Below are positions 36,261 to 48,130 of a stretch of DNA of 64,000 bases, piece by piece. The first letter of the stretch is position 1; every line of letters begins with the position of its first letter. Source of the stretch: Schmidtea polychroa (taxonomy: Eukaryota); the NCBI GenBank assembly GCA_044892525.1, contig CM097885.1, positions 82,894,001 to 82,958,000 on the forward strand, written 5' to 3'. A program made the position numbers and the translations under genes. The notes below the pieces were generated by a model. That model ran no database searches, was not told the origin of the DNA, and saw nothing but the letters and a program-made list of their open reading frames with translations.

Positions 36261-37093
36261 TTATACTTATATATTTATCTTTTTGTAGCCAAAGCATCTC
36301 TTATTTATTTGTCTTCTATGGTTATTATATATCACCCCTATACAATTTTCTTTGTCTCTTGGTGAACCAGTCTTGAAAACCAGATATTGATATATAATAT
36401 GTACTCAGAGCATTATCCTAATCTATTTGTGTACTATGGCTATTATCTATATTATTTACTATTATTAATCAACTATATAAATATCTAAACTCTCTAATTC
36501 AACCAACTCTCTCTAAACTGACTTAATGACCATAATACCTAATGTTGTAATACTATTATCCTTAATGTATTTAATATAATATTATTTCTGTTATTGCNNN
36601 NNNNNNNNNNNNNNNNNNNNNNNNNNNNNNNNNNNNNNNNNNNNNNNNNNNNNNNNNNNNNNNNNNNNNNNNNNNNNNNNNNNNNNNNNNNNNNNNNNNN
36701 NNNNNNNNNNNNNNNNNNNNNNNNNNNNNNNNNNNNNNNNNNNNNNNNNNNNNNNNNNNNNNNNNNATTAATAATGTACTGCGGGTGCCAATCACCGAAT
36801 GGGTTAATCTAGGAATCCTTGTAGGGGTTCTGCCTATTTGGTGGTCTTTTTAGTAGTTCTTATCAATACTATAATGATCTTTATTATACTATCACTACTA
36901 TAATCATTAACATTACGAACTAATAATAATATCCATACTTATCCCAACCTTCACCAACTCCTTCCAATATATACTATAATAAGTAATATAATATGCGATA
37001 TATAAACCTTCAAGGGAGCCTTCCTGCCCCGACATTTATTTATTTCAGATATTATCATGTACGATCCGGTATCCCTCTCAAATGGCGGACCTT

Positions 37094-37477
37094 CCCAACT
37101 GCTCCATTTACTCCAACTGCTCCATTTACTCCAACCACTCCATTTATTCCAACCGCTCTATTTGCTCCAACTGCTCCATTCACTTCAACTACTACAATCA
37201 ATCCAAATAGTGAAATATACACCAACATCAATAATCCTGCAATATCGATCACCTCCACCTATCAAGACCAATCCAAACCTCTAAATTCTGAACACCTGCA
37301 CCAAATCTTTAAACTACTGAAAACTCCTACGATGATGACTCCCCAAAACTCTACCACGATACTCCAATTGCTCCAACTGCTACAATTGCTCCAACTGCTA
37401 CAATTACTCCAATTGCTACAATTACTCCAACTGCTCCAATTACTCCAATTACTCCAACTGCTCCTATTACTCCAACC
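37094..37477. repeat. Two arrays of 9-bp tandem repeats (ACTCCAATT/GCTCCAACT type)
   Basis: Arrays at ~37094-37190 and ~37361-37477; they translate as TP/TA-rich, LLQ or Gly-X-Y depending on frame. Confidence 0.9.
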
Positions 37478-37649
37478 CATTTGGAAACCCACGTTCTGAT
37501 ACCTGAGTTTATAACTCTGGTATCCATCGGTCATTGAATTAAAAGCTACAGAACTCTAAGGGTGAGAAGTTCTCCCCTTCCTGGCCAAGTGCCGTCAATT
37601 GATTAAAATAAAATTTGATTTTTTTTTTTTTTTTTTTTTTTTTTTATTT

Positions 37650-39383
37650 CGTTACCTCAGTTTTCTAATATTGGTCGATTCATAATCGGATAACTTTTAT
37701 CTAGCTGAAAATTTTTGTCGACAACCAACTGCTAATGCTGATAGCGCTTTCGCTCATATTGACCGTAAGTAACTGATAATGACTACTGATGTTGTTTACA
37801 TTATTTTCAGGGAATCGAAGCTTATCAGTAACCTAAAAGTCAAAATCCAACTTAAAAAGTGCATCGGCACTGGGTTTCATCGCTAACGCTCTGGCGATCT
37901 AAATCTCTATAAGAAAACCTAACGATCGTTCATGCGCATCTATTTGGAATTTGTGCTAAAACTGAAGATTATTATCTATGACTGTGTAACTCACTACGAC
38001 GAAAAAGTGCTGAGGAAGTAATTATGTCCAATTTGAGCTTAATGGAATATGATTTCGACCTAAAAGAGTAGATTCACTTCATCTCAATTGCTCCGGAAAA
38101 TTCTGTTGGATTTACTATTTTCGTTCCTAACATCGTGATCTCAATTTCACTACTGACGGAATATTTTCTCTGACGATCGCAGACTTCACTCGGTGAAAGA
38201 AAACTCCTCTAATCTCTCTTACTTCATACTCTGGATGTCCTCACCCCTCCTGACCCACCCAAGAGCGGCATACATTGCTGCCACCACTCTTGGACCGTCA
38301 GGAAGGACGATTCCATCTCTCCGCATCTCAATTTTATTGGTATATCGAATGAACATCAAAATAAATGATATAATGCATTTGAATGAATTAAAATTTCACT
38401 GAAATCATAAAAATTATATACCTGGCGACCACGCCGTCTGAACCTCGAACATGATGCTATACTATAGTATTAATGTTACGTTTCTGGTGAACTCTATCTC
38501 ATTAAAATTCTCGATTCCATTTTCTCGTTTCAAATCATTCTCATATACTTTCCGGTGAATATCCATCTGAGCCTCCGCATCATATTCGATCTCCAGACAA
38601 CGCCGTCGTCAGCACCATAGAGAGAGAAAACCATATTGTGTTTATAACTTTTTATTAAGAATAAATTAGTTTTTATTATCCATTTTATATAAAAATATCA
38701 ATAACAAAATACAAACATCCTGCTTACTATGATCGTTTCCTCCGAGAGTATTAGAAATGGTTTATGAGTCCTCTTTCGATACACTATTAGTCCAATAAAA
38801 ATTCGATAGAAATTGAGTCCTGTTGAATATTAGGTAAGTGTCTGAAAGTTTAGTTCCTGAAATATTCGTATAGCTGCTTAAGAGTAGTATCTGTAGAGTT
38901 TCGGTAGAATAGTTGCGTAGTTCTAAAGTCCTGTAGAGTATAGTGGTTAAATGGTACTCTACAGATTTTCTTCATTGCTTATATAGTATTTTCCGTCCAA
39001 TCCAATTTCCCTCGCTTTTCTTATGACTTTATTGTTATTCGGTTATAATATAATTTTCTTTTGTTTTAATTACTTTATATAAACGTTTGCAAATGGTTTT
39101 ATTTCCATTTTATTCTTAGTATCTTATTTATTTTCCTTAAATTTATTATTCTATTTCCTTCTGCTATCATAGATGTTAGGTAATTTTCTTTTCCGTCTTA
39201 CTTTTCGTCTTATTAACTTTAGTAATTTATTATTTATATTATTTCCTTTATTTTCTTATTTTCTTTTATTGTTATCTAATTTTAATTGTTCTTATAGTTA
39301 CTGTATTTTTTCGGGGAATTTATCCTATCCTTTTTTATTTATCTTTAACCTGGTTTCTAATACTCTCGAAGCTTAGCCCAACA
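37650..39383 (-). mobile_element. 3' LTR, proximal (U3) part
   Basis: Minus strand starts TGTTGGGCT at 39383 (same as solo LTR TGTTGGGCT at 9651); TATA-like at 38977-38986; AGCTG..ATTTTTG.CGA.AAC near 37705 resembles 8127-8150 of the solo LTR; left boundary approximate. Confidence 0.72.
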
Positions 39384-39602
39384 AATCACTCCGGGGCCCG
39401 TTAAAATTGCGTCCCGCAATTCACATAATGTCATACATTCTAATCATACCTCTGTTATTATAACACAAAACTTCCACAATCAAAATACATGCAGACATAA
39501 AAATAATTAACTGACTAATACTTTAATTAAACAGATAATAAGACAAATATAAGCAAGTAGTGGCCACTTAGGGTGACCGGAATTATATACATCAAATTAT
39601 TG

Positions 39603-40283
39603 TCACGGGATTTCAATGTTCGAAATGTTACTAATGTTCTGGTTAACTACCTTTTGGGGATCTCTGGGATTCTGGCTCGAAGGGTTGGTCGAAGTTGTTG
39701 CTGTGGAGAGCTGGATTGTAACGGGTATTTGATTAGGAGACAGATTTTGTTGTATTTGGTCGAGTGGATCTGGTTGTTGAAAATGTACTGCTCGTTTATG
39801 TACGTTTCGGAATCGTAGGTTCTTTCTTTTGGGTCTCTCGGATAGTGGTTGGGTTCTGTTCCATGCTCGATAGATATCATACGCCTTCCAGATGATTAGC
39901 GCGCAGATGAGGATGGTTTCACTAATGGTAACATAGAATAGGGCTTGACTTTCTTTTATTTCTTTCTTTACGAGGGTTTCTTTCAGAGACTGTTGGGTGG
40001 CTTGTTCATGTAGGAGGGTTTCAAGTTGTTCGATTCTTTGAGATTGCAGATTGAGTTGTATTTGGGTCTTTTGCCAGACGGCTTTGTTCCAGCATTGTTT
40101 CGGGATATTGTTGGAGGGCTTTCTTTCATTTTTCAGTTTGATTAATAGGCTTTGCTGTTTCTCGGGATTCTCCCAGGGTGTTGGGGTTGACTGCCGCATG
40201 GGTATTCCGTTTATTGTTATCATTATTAGGGTTATCAGGGTTGCTCCAGGCCACATACTAATATACGAACATTTTATATACAT
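39603..40283 (-). CDS. Accessory type-I-membrane-like protein (likely start ATG at 40256)
   Basis: Hydrophobic N-terminus MWPGATLITLIMITING, coiled-coil ectodomain, TM ALFYVTISETILICALIIW, basic tail. Confidence 0.65.
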   Translation of the reverse strand: MYIKCSYISMWPGATLITLIMITINGIPMRQSTPTPWENPEKQQSLLIKLKNERKPSNNIPKQCWNKAVWQKTQIQLNLQSQRIEQLETLLHEQATQQSLKETLVKKEIKESQALFYVTISETILICALIIWKAYDIYRAWNRTQPLSERPKRKNLRFRNVHKRAVHFQQPDPLDQIQQNLSPNQIPVTIQLSTATTSTNPSSQNPRDPQKVVNQNISNISNIEIP

Positions 40284-40311
40284 TTATTTACATCAATTAT
40301 CCCTTTTTAAT

Positions 40312-41013
40312 TTATGATCGGGATTTCTTTTTACGGGCTTTCTCAGACGCTCTCATCACTTCCGTTTCCGCTTTTATTACCCGTTTTCTCAATTCTGGCA
40401 GTACTTCTAGTTGTTTATCTCTTTCGTCTATCTGTTGTTCTAGGAATTTTATTTTTCCTTTTAACACTTTTATTTCCTGTGTTGCTCTTTCCAGGTTTTT
40501 ATGGTTTAGTATTTGTAAGAAATCATTTCCTCTTTCTTCATCTCCTCCGTCGTCTATTTCCTGGTATTTGTTGTTCATTCGTCTCATTATTTCACATTCT
40601 TTCTGTTTTTGGTGTAGTTGGAGTTGTAGCTCTTTCAGACTTTCTTGGTGTTTCCGGGCCTCGGTTTTCCAATAATCGCTAATCACTTCGTCTGCCTTTC
40701 TACGGGCCCTTTCCTGCCATAATTCTCCCGCAATCTTCTCCCAATTTCTCCCTCGTTTTCTTTGCTCGTGAAGCCATTCGTTTTCTTCCTCTACTTCTTT
40801 CTTTGCTTCTTCCAACAAAGTATACTCTTTTTTCAATACTTTAATCATTTTTCGATTATCTCTCCATCTTTCTACTAATCTTTCGTTTTCTCGTCTCTCT
40901 TCTTGTAACTCTTCCTTGATAGTTTTCTTCCTCTCCACCTCTTCTACTTCAATTTCTCCCTCTTCCAGCTCGATTATAGATGTTATGATGAGTTGTCCGT
41001 TTTCAGTATTCAT
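40312..41013 (-). CDS. Accessory coiled-coil protein
   Basis: 233-aa E/K/R-rich heptad-like ORF between AT-rich spacers. Confidence 0.7.
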   Translation of the reverse strand: MNTENGQLIITSIIELEEGEIEVEEVERKKTIKEELQEERRENERLVERWRDNRKMIKVLKKEYTLLEEAKKEVEEENEWLHEQRKRGRNWEKIAGELWQERARRKADEVISDYWKTEARKHQESLKELQLQLHQKQKECEIMRRMNNKYQEIDDGGDEERGNDFLQILNHKNLERATQEIKVLKGKIKFLEQQIDERDKQLEVLPELRKRVIKAETEVMRASEKARKKKSRS

Positions 41014-41189
41014 TTTCTATAATATATACATAATTAATAATTGCGCTACAGTGCGGCTTATACTTATACATTTATATGTAATTTTATATAATCAGGGTTA
41101 CAGTCCCGTCAATACTTTTATCGTACTATTAATTTTTTTGTTGGGATATAGGTCCCGATTTTTTATACTTTTATCTTTTCCATTTATCT

Positions 41190-42227
41190 TTATACAAAGG
41201 TTTCTTCCTGGCCTACATATCCTTCATCGCTTTCTACTGACGCTTGTAGTTGGAGTGCGATGGGATCAAATGGGATGTAGTACCGGGGAATCTGCGCTCT
41301 AAGCTCTTGGACTTCGTCTCTTAGCGCTCTTGACACGTTGAGTTCCTCGTCCAACAGGTATGTTAGATACCTGGTTTCGTCGTCCCTTACCTCGATCTGT
41401 TTTTCTAACTCTTCCGCTTTTTCGCCGTTCTCCCATTTTTTGATTTCCTTTTCGAGGTTCTTGATAATTTCGTCATACATTTTCCTCTCGTTTTCCAATT
41501 TTTTATTCTTTCCGGCTAACACTATGTTCCGTTGTTCTAGTGCCCCTTTATAGCCGTTATTGTCTCTTTCAAGGTCTGCCACCTTATTCACGAATTCAAC
41601 GATTCGACCTGACTGTTGCAGGATCATCTCTTCCATGGCGGTATTCTCTTGTTCCTTCATAGATAGTTTCATGGCCAGATGCCTCTCAAACTCCATGGCC
41701 TTGGTCTGCCAGGTTTGACTTCGGGCGGCGATTTTCCTGAGCCTTCTTAGCTCTTCTCTCTGATCAAGGTTCTCCTCCCATTTCCCCTGCTCGCTTTCGT
41801 ATTCCAATCTCTGAGGTACTTCTCTCATTTCCTTTTTGATTTCTTGATGTTGTCTTTTCCACTTTCTGGCTTCTGTCAATAGTTGGCGGGATTTCCTTTC
41901 CTCTTTTTGTTTTTCTACCTCCCGTTTTTTATTCTCGTCGGTCAGTCTTTTTCTCGATTCCTGTACCAATTGTTTTAGGTAGTGACCGTGAGCTTCCTGT
42001 CTAGTGTTCTCTAATGCTGACCACTTGGCGGCTCTTTTACATGCCTCTGCCTCTGCTCGTAAATTTTGCACCAACCACTGGAATTGGTGGTTTTCCCATT
42101 CTCTTGCTTCTTCAAGATAGTTTCGTGTCTGATTTGATAGTTGCGCCATCACTTTGGCCCATCTTTCTCTGTGTACTCTATTGATTTTTACTTCGTTGTT
42201 TGGGGCGTCAGTTCGTTCTTGTGTCAT
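41190..42227 (-). CDS. Accessory coiled-coil protein
   Basis: 345-aa E/K/R/W-rich ORF; acceptor-like TTATTCAG 6 nt before ATG. Confidence 0.72.
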   Translation of the reverse strand: MTQERTDAPNNEVKINRVHRERWAKVMAQLSNQTRNYLEEAREWENHQFQWLVQNLRAEAEACKRAAKWSALENTRQEAHGHYLKQLVQESRKRLTDENKKREVEKQKEERKSRQLLTEARKWKRQHQEIKKEMREVPQRLEYESEQGKWEENLDQREELRRLRKIAARSQTWQTKAMEFERHLAMKLSMKEQENTAMEEMILQQSGRIVEFVNKVADLERDNNGYKGALEQRNIVLAGKNKKLENERKMYDEIIKNLEKEIKKWENGEKAEELEKQIEVRDDETRYLTYLLDEELNVSRALRDEVQELRAQIPRYYIPFDPIALQLQASVESDEGYVGQEETFV

Positions 42228-42520
42228 CTTTGTCTGAATAATGATATTATCAACTCAACGTCGCACATTTATATTCGTTTTATTATTTATTTATTGTTAC
42301 AATTCGATATAGGTGGGTTGTTTTTAGAAGTTTTCCGCTTAAGTTTACCTTTAGTGGATTTGGGGATTTTTCTACACTATTATATAATATTTTACTGGAT
42401 ATATACGCCGATATTTACAATTAGTATATACAAAATTATTCGTCTCGCTACTCAGTCCTACTCTTCCCGTCTGTTCGACAATCTCTTTGAATTCTTCTCT
42501 TTGTCGCTTATCCATTTCTA

Positions 42521-42558
<38 letters not shown>

Positions 42559-42699
42559 TACGTTACTGGTACAATCTCATATTTCTATTTACAGTTATTT
42601 ACACTTTGTTTTAGGTTATATTTATTGACTGGAAGAGTCGGCCTCTTGTCCGCCCTCTTCCCTACTGGTTAACCATTCTGACCAGTCTTCTATCTCCTC

Positions 42700-42981
42700 T
42701 CATTCCATCTCTTCAGTTATTCTTATTAACTCCTCTTCCTGTCCCTGGCTGTATCGCGATATTCGCTCTATTTCTCTCTGCATTTGTTCTATTTTTATTC
42801 GTTGATCTTCGATTATTCTTACATAACTGAAGCCTTTATTTAAACTTTCGACTAGATTTCTTTGTACAGACAGTCCTTGTTCTTGTAAATTTGAAATTAC
42901 TTGAGCTAGCATTGCACATTGTTGTTTCCACATCTCTTCGGTGGTCGTGCTGTGATTTCCTTCATCGCTTATTCGCTCCAT
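42700..42981 (-). CDS. Small accessory coiled-coil protein
   Basis: 93-aa ORF flanked by AT-rich spacers. Confidence 0.5.
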   Translation of the reverse strand: MERISDEGNHSTTTEEMWKQQCAMLAQVISNLQEQGLSVQRNLVESLNKGFSYVRIIEDQRIKIEQMQREIERISRYSQGQEEELIRITEEME

Positions 42982-43149
42982 TCTTAATTTATATATACTT
43001 TCAACCCTTATCTAATTTTAATTTTTATGTTATTTATCCCCATCATTATATAATATTGATACCGCGCTTATATAGAGATATAGAATACTGTTATATAAAT
43101 AAATATTACATACTTACTTTTTACAGTCTATATACAGTCATAATCCTTT

Positions 43150-43944
43150 CTATATACGTGAGTTTGGAGGGCGCTGAGCATTCCAGGCCTCCACCCACTG
43201 TTCCTGCTTGATATTATTTGGTCTTTTTACCTGATGTTGAAAATTTCTGATTCTGGTCATCTCCAGTTCTCCGCGATGCCGTCTATCTTTGATTATTTTT
43301 ATTGTTCCCCCCGTTATGATTAAAAATGCCCCTGCTATTATTATACCGCTGATCCACATCATTTGTTTTACGCTTATAATTTCCGATTTTTCTTTGCTCG
43401 TCATGATGAATATCGTCTCCATATTATCCGGACTCCCGCCTTTACTATTCCCTTTTATCATTCCCCGTATTCTTGCTATCTCTTCGTTCATACCTTCCTT
43501 TGCCATCTTTTGTATTTTTTCCATCTCCTCCTCTGACACATAATTGTCCTGATATTTCTCACTGGTTTTCTTGCGTTTTCCTTCCTCCTCTTTTTCATCA
43601 TTGAGTTTTCTTTTCTTCCCTCTTTTCCCAGGGTATCGTCGACATTCTCTTTCTGGACCGTTTCTCAGGATACAGACCGTATATTCCTTTGGCGGTTGTT
43701 GTTGCGTTACATATTGTAGGCAGTCTTCTCCTGGTCCTAGTCTTGAAATACAAACTTTGTGCTCTTTCCTTGGCTGAAGTTGTGTTATCACTATCTCACC
43801 TCCTTTACTCAGGTGTACCTCTTTCCATTTAACTTTTGTTATTTTCTTCCCGTTTCGATGTTGGTACGCTTCTTGTATTCCCACTTCCGTTATTGGTTCC
43901 GCATCTTCATTTTTTAACACTAGTCTCTGATAAGCTCTAGACAT
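43150..43944 (-). CDS. C-terminal polyprotein segment with TM helix
   Basis: Same frame as 43951-45531, separated by one TGA; TM MMWISGIIIAGAFLIITGG; short internal repeat KEHKVCISRLGP/KEYTVCILRNGP. Confidence 0.7.
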   Translation of the reverse strand: MSRAYQRLVLKNEDAEPITEVGIQEAYQHRNGKKITKVKWKEVHLSKGGEIVITQLQPRKEHKVCISRLGPGEDCLQYVTQQQPPKEYTVCILRNGPERECRRYPGKRGKKRKLNDEKEEEGKRKKTSEKYQDNYVSEEEMEKIQKMAKEGMNEEIARIRGMIKGNSKGGSPDNMETIFIMTSKEKSEIISVKQMMWISGIIIAGAFLIITGGTIKIIKDRRHRGELEMTRIRNFQHQVKRPNNIKQEQWVEAWNAQRPPNSRI

Positions 43945-43950
43945 GCATCT

Positions 43951-45531
43951 TCATAATATACACCTTTCTTTTAGATCCCATTCTTCTTTTAGATCCCATT
44001 GTTGCTCTTGTACTTGCTTTTTCTTTTCTTGTTTTAGTTCTTCCTCCTTGTTATCTTTGTTTTCCGTTTCCTTGGCTTCCTTTATCGTTCTCATTCCTCC
44101 ATGGGCTGTTATCATTTCCACCATTGTTAATACGAGTATCATTATCATCATATTTGTCTCCATTTCTTTGTTGGTAAAAAGTAGGCATACCCTCTGTTTT
44201 CCATTATTCGTCTTTTCCTCTTCTTTTGTTTGGTTTCCCAGTTTATTTTCCGTCTTTTCCATACTTGAGTCGTTATTCCCTTGATTATTCTCTTCTGGTT
44301 TCCTTTTCTCTCCGTCATCGTTTCGCCCTTTTTCATCCTTATCGTCGTCTTTATCGTCTTTATCTCCCCCGCTGTCGTTTAAAATGTCGTCCTCGACATT
44401 TATATCATTCACCAATCTGCGATATGCTGTTAGCACTCTATTTCTTGCTAATTTCGCTTCGAACTCAAATTCTTTTCTTCCCGTTGCTGCATGTCTCTTT
44501 CTATTCCATTCTTTTACCAATTCTCTTAATTGTACCCGGCGATGTTTTCCGATTCGCTTTTGTTCGTTTTGATTTTGCGTGAATTTGAGGTCTTCTCTGT
44601 TCAATACGATTAATATAATTTTTGGAGTTCCTCCCTTTGTTAGTGTATTTTTAACCATTGCATTTTCTCCGTTTTCGTAGAACTCATTGATGTTCACTGC
44701 ATATTTATTGCTTTGTGGTATTCTCCATGTTAACAGTAACTTCATGGCTTTTAAGTTTTTCCGTATCGTATTCCATTGGAACTGTGACGTGTTTTTACAG
44801 ATATTTTCTACCTCGGATCTTGTCGCATTTTTACAGATGAATCTAATCATTTCCAAGTTTGGTTGTATTGTTGCCCAATCCATGGTGGAGTTTCCTTCAT
44901 TCGATATTTCGTCGAGTATTGATCCTGATTGATGTAGTATATGTAATGTTTTCGGGTGTATATTTGTTATTGCTGCATACATCATTGCTGTTTCTCCTTG
45001 TTCATTTTTTGCATTAGATTCTTCTCCTAAGTCTCTAAGAATTCTTATGATGGTTATTGCTCTGTTTTCTTTTGCTGCTAATATTGCTTGTTGTAATGGT
45101 GTTCTTAAATCTTTTGTTGGTATGGTAAACGCTAGTGGTATGAATGTTTTTATTTTACCTATGTCTAGATTTGTGGTTTGATCTCTTGCGTAGGTGTGTA
45201 CTGTTTTTATTATTTTTGCCAGTATCGCTTCATCAGATAAATCTCGCATTTCTTCGAAGAACACCTCTTTGGCTTTGCGTATTATTATCTCTTGGTCTGA
45301 GTTTATTATCTTGGTTTTACCTGTTGTTGTTATATCAGTTATTATTTGATCGACTTGTTCCTCAGACTCTCTTGCTTTTACTTTCTTTATTTTTATCTGT
45401 TTCTTGTTTGAACTAATAATGCGTTCCTCCGCCGTAAGAACTTGAATAATACTTAGGTAGTTTTCTCGAATGTTATTCATAGTCTCCATCATATATAGAA
45501 CACTCACAATTTCCCAATATTTTACTTGCAC
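43951..45531 (-). CDS. Polyprotein segment with second ankyrin-repeat module
   Basis: RTPLQQAI, NEQGETAMMYAA, SNEGNSTMDWA; overlaps the integrase ORF end by a one-base frame change. Confidence 0.8.
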   Translation of the reverse strand: MQVKYWEIVSVLYMMETMNNIRENYLSIIQVLTAEERIISSNKKQIKIKKVKARESEEQVDQIITDITTTGKTKIINSDQEIIIRKAKEVFFEEMRDLSDEAILAKIIKTVHTYARDQTTNLDIGKIKTFIPLAFTIPTKDLRTPLQQAILAAKENRAITIIRILRDLGEESNAKNEQGETAMMYAAITNIHPKTLHILHQSGSILDEISNEGNSTMDWATIQPNLEMIRFICKNATRSEVENICKNTSQFQWNTIRKNLKAMKLLLTWRIPQSNKYAVNINEFYENGENAMVKNTLTKGGTPKIILIVLNREDLKFTQNQNEQKRIGKHRRVQLRELVKEWNRKRHAATGRKEFEFEAKLARNRVLTAYRRLVNDINVEDDILNDSGGDKDDKDDDKDEKGRNDDGEKRKPEENNQGNNDSSMEKTENKLGNQTKEEEKTNNGKQRVCLLFTNKEMETNMMIMILVLTMVEMITAHGGMRTIKEAKETENKDNKEEELKQEKKKQVQEQQWDLKEEWDLKERCIL

Positions 45532-48130
45532 TTTATCGGTAAATTGAGATATAGATTTTTGAAGTTTGTAATTCGCTTTCTGATCAGCTGTTCGTCTTTA
45601 TGGTTTGAGAGTTTTATACCCCGTTGTAGTAGTTGATTTGGGATTTCGAATAGATGATGCCCTCTCATAGCTTCTCTCATCAAGGTGTTTTCTCCTTTGG
45701 TAAATGTTTCGTTTATATCCACCATATAATCGTTTTTCATCGGGATTCTCCACGAAATTAGTATTCCAGTAATTGTTATTAATTTCCCTTTGATAGCGGT
45801 TAATAGTCCGTCGTACATGTTTCCTATCTCTCTGTTATCTTCGTATGACAATAGATCTAATAAGGTTATGAATGCTTCAGTGCTTTTTCCTTCGATTGCA
45901 TGATGTAGTGCATTTTTCTGATCGTGGTCTTGTGTGGTTATCTTTGACCCGGTTTCAAGTAATGCGATAATAATATCTTTAGCTTTATCCCGATTTGCTG
46001 CTATCATTAGTGGAGTATAACCTTGATTGTTTTCTTGGTCTGTTGAAACGTTACAATCGCGAAATGCTTCAATTGTTTCTAGTATTTGTTCATTATTACC
46101 AACCTTTAAAAGCTTGTGCAGTGGTGTATCTCCATAGTGGTCTGTGATCGTGAATAATATAGGCCATTGACTTTTAACTATCCTGAGCAATGGGTGTGTT
46201 CTTTCTCGATTTGCATAGTTTTCTATCGTTGTTAGCAGACCTCCCAATATCTCAAAATCTAATCTATCTTTCGCCCATCCGGGTATTTTAGCTTTTACCT
46301 CTTTTATGATTTTCTCTGCTTCTGATGGTTGTAGCCCCAGTTGATTAGTCGTTGGTTCGTTTATCTGCTGTAACATATTTATTCTGTATGTTTGTGATCT
46401 TGTTGTTAGTGTTCGCCCTTCTGGCTGGCTGGTAGCTGTTTTCGGTATGGGTTTACAACGTGCAACGTTTACATATATTGGCCTTGTAAAAGGATTGTTT
46501 ACCAATCGTACTCTTACATTAGTTTCTCCGACGAATAGAATCTCATACGGACCTTTGCCGTTTCGTTGCAATTTTTTGGTGGTTCCTGGAATCAATTCTG
46601 GTGTTTCAATCATCACCCAATCACCGGTTTGAAATGTATGTTGTTTAACGTTTTTCTTTCTATCATGCAGATCTTTATAACTTTCTTGATAAAATTTTAT
46701 GTTTAATCCTGCAGTTTCCCAGATTTCCTGCATTCTTTCCTTGAACTTGGTTACATAATCGTCTATTTCCATATATTGTGATATTGGTGGCTGATACTCT
46801 AAATCCATTGGCATATTGCATTCTCTGCCGTACATCAACTTGAACGGACTCATCTTTGTGGATGCGTGAATTGACATTCTGTAAGCCATTAAGCACAGTT
46901 TTATATACTCATCCCAGTCTCGTTGATGACGATCGACATAATTCGATAACATTTGGATCAATGTTCCATTGAATCTTTCTGTCATACCATTTGTTTGTGG
47001 ATGATACGGTGATGTTCTTAATTTTGCAATCTTGAAGTAATTGGTTACTTCGCACATTATTTCGCTCATGAAATTTGTTCCTTGATCAGTTAATATCTGT
47101 TTTGGTGTTCCATACCGACAGCATATCTTCTCTACTAGTATTTTTGCGATTGTTTTCGCTTTCTGGTCTGCCATGGCGAATGCTTCGGGGAATTTCGTCA
47201 AATAATCTGTGATCACCAATATATACATATTTCCTCTATCCGATTCTGGTAGTGGACCGACTACGTCCATTGATATCATTGTCATTGGTTCTGCTGGTAC
47301 TGGCATTGGTTTTAATGGTGCCTTCCATTTTGTTCCCGTGTTCTTTCTGGTTGCGCAAGTTATGCAATTTTTTACCCATTCCGTTACGTCTTCAGTCAAT
47401 GTAGGCCAAAAATACTTTTGTTTCATTCGGGCTAACGTCTTTTTAGATGACATATGTCCTCCGAGTCTTCCGTCATGATACTGGGTCAGCAAATCTTTAC
47501 GTCTATTCTCTGAAATGCACATCAGTCTTTTATCACCATCCATTATCAATAACCAATCTTTTTCTATTATATATCGATGTCGATGTTTATCCATATGTTC
47601 TTTCAGTTTTTGATCTTTCTCATATACCTCCGCTTTCCCTGTTTTCACATATTCAATAATTTGCTTCAACTCTGTATCCTCTTGTTGGTCTTTTCGTAAT
47701 TGGCAAAAATCTAAATCTTCCGCTACCATCAGACATATCCGTTGCATTTCGTGATCTACTAAATCTGGAAAGATAAATCTTGACATACAATCTGCATTGG
47801 CATTCGCTCTTCCCGCTTTGAATTTTATGAACGGTGAATATTCTTGTAACTGCATTGCCCATCGCATCAATCTGCTTGAAGCTTCTTTGTGCTGTCCGAG
47901 CCATACTAATGGTTGATGATCAGTGGTTATGCATATTTCGTGACCCCATAACAAATATCGAAAATGTTTAATCGCTTGTATTATAGCTAACGCTTCTCTT
48001 TCTGTTACTGAATAGTTTTTCTCATGCTTTTTAAACGTTCTGCTGTAATAGCCGATTACTCTTTCTTTTCCTTCTTCATCTAGTTGTCCCAGTATTGCTC
48101 CGGCTGCATATCCACTTGCATCTGTTGCTA
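45522..48130 (-). CDS. pol: RNase H (C-part), integrase and first ankyrin module
   Basis: ATDASG/EALAI/ITTDHQPL RNase H; H..GH..C..C zinc finger; MDVVGP, TDQGTNF, TERFN catalytic D,D,E; GDTPLH, GYTPLMIA, KNALHHA ankyrin repeats. Confidence 0.95.

Noticed and set aside
37094-37477. CRISPR-like array
   Set aside because: Contiguous 9-bp units without unique spacers, in eukaryotic context.
37055-37534. Collagen-like or WSN/LLQ-repeat proteins
   Set aside because: All frames of a 9-bp repeat stay open; the Gly-X-Y run is short and lacks Pro.
38405-38425. Plus-strand PBS-like TGGCGACC
   Set aside because: Not preceded by an LTR CA end, and it lies inside a minus-strand LTR; likely chance.
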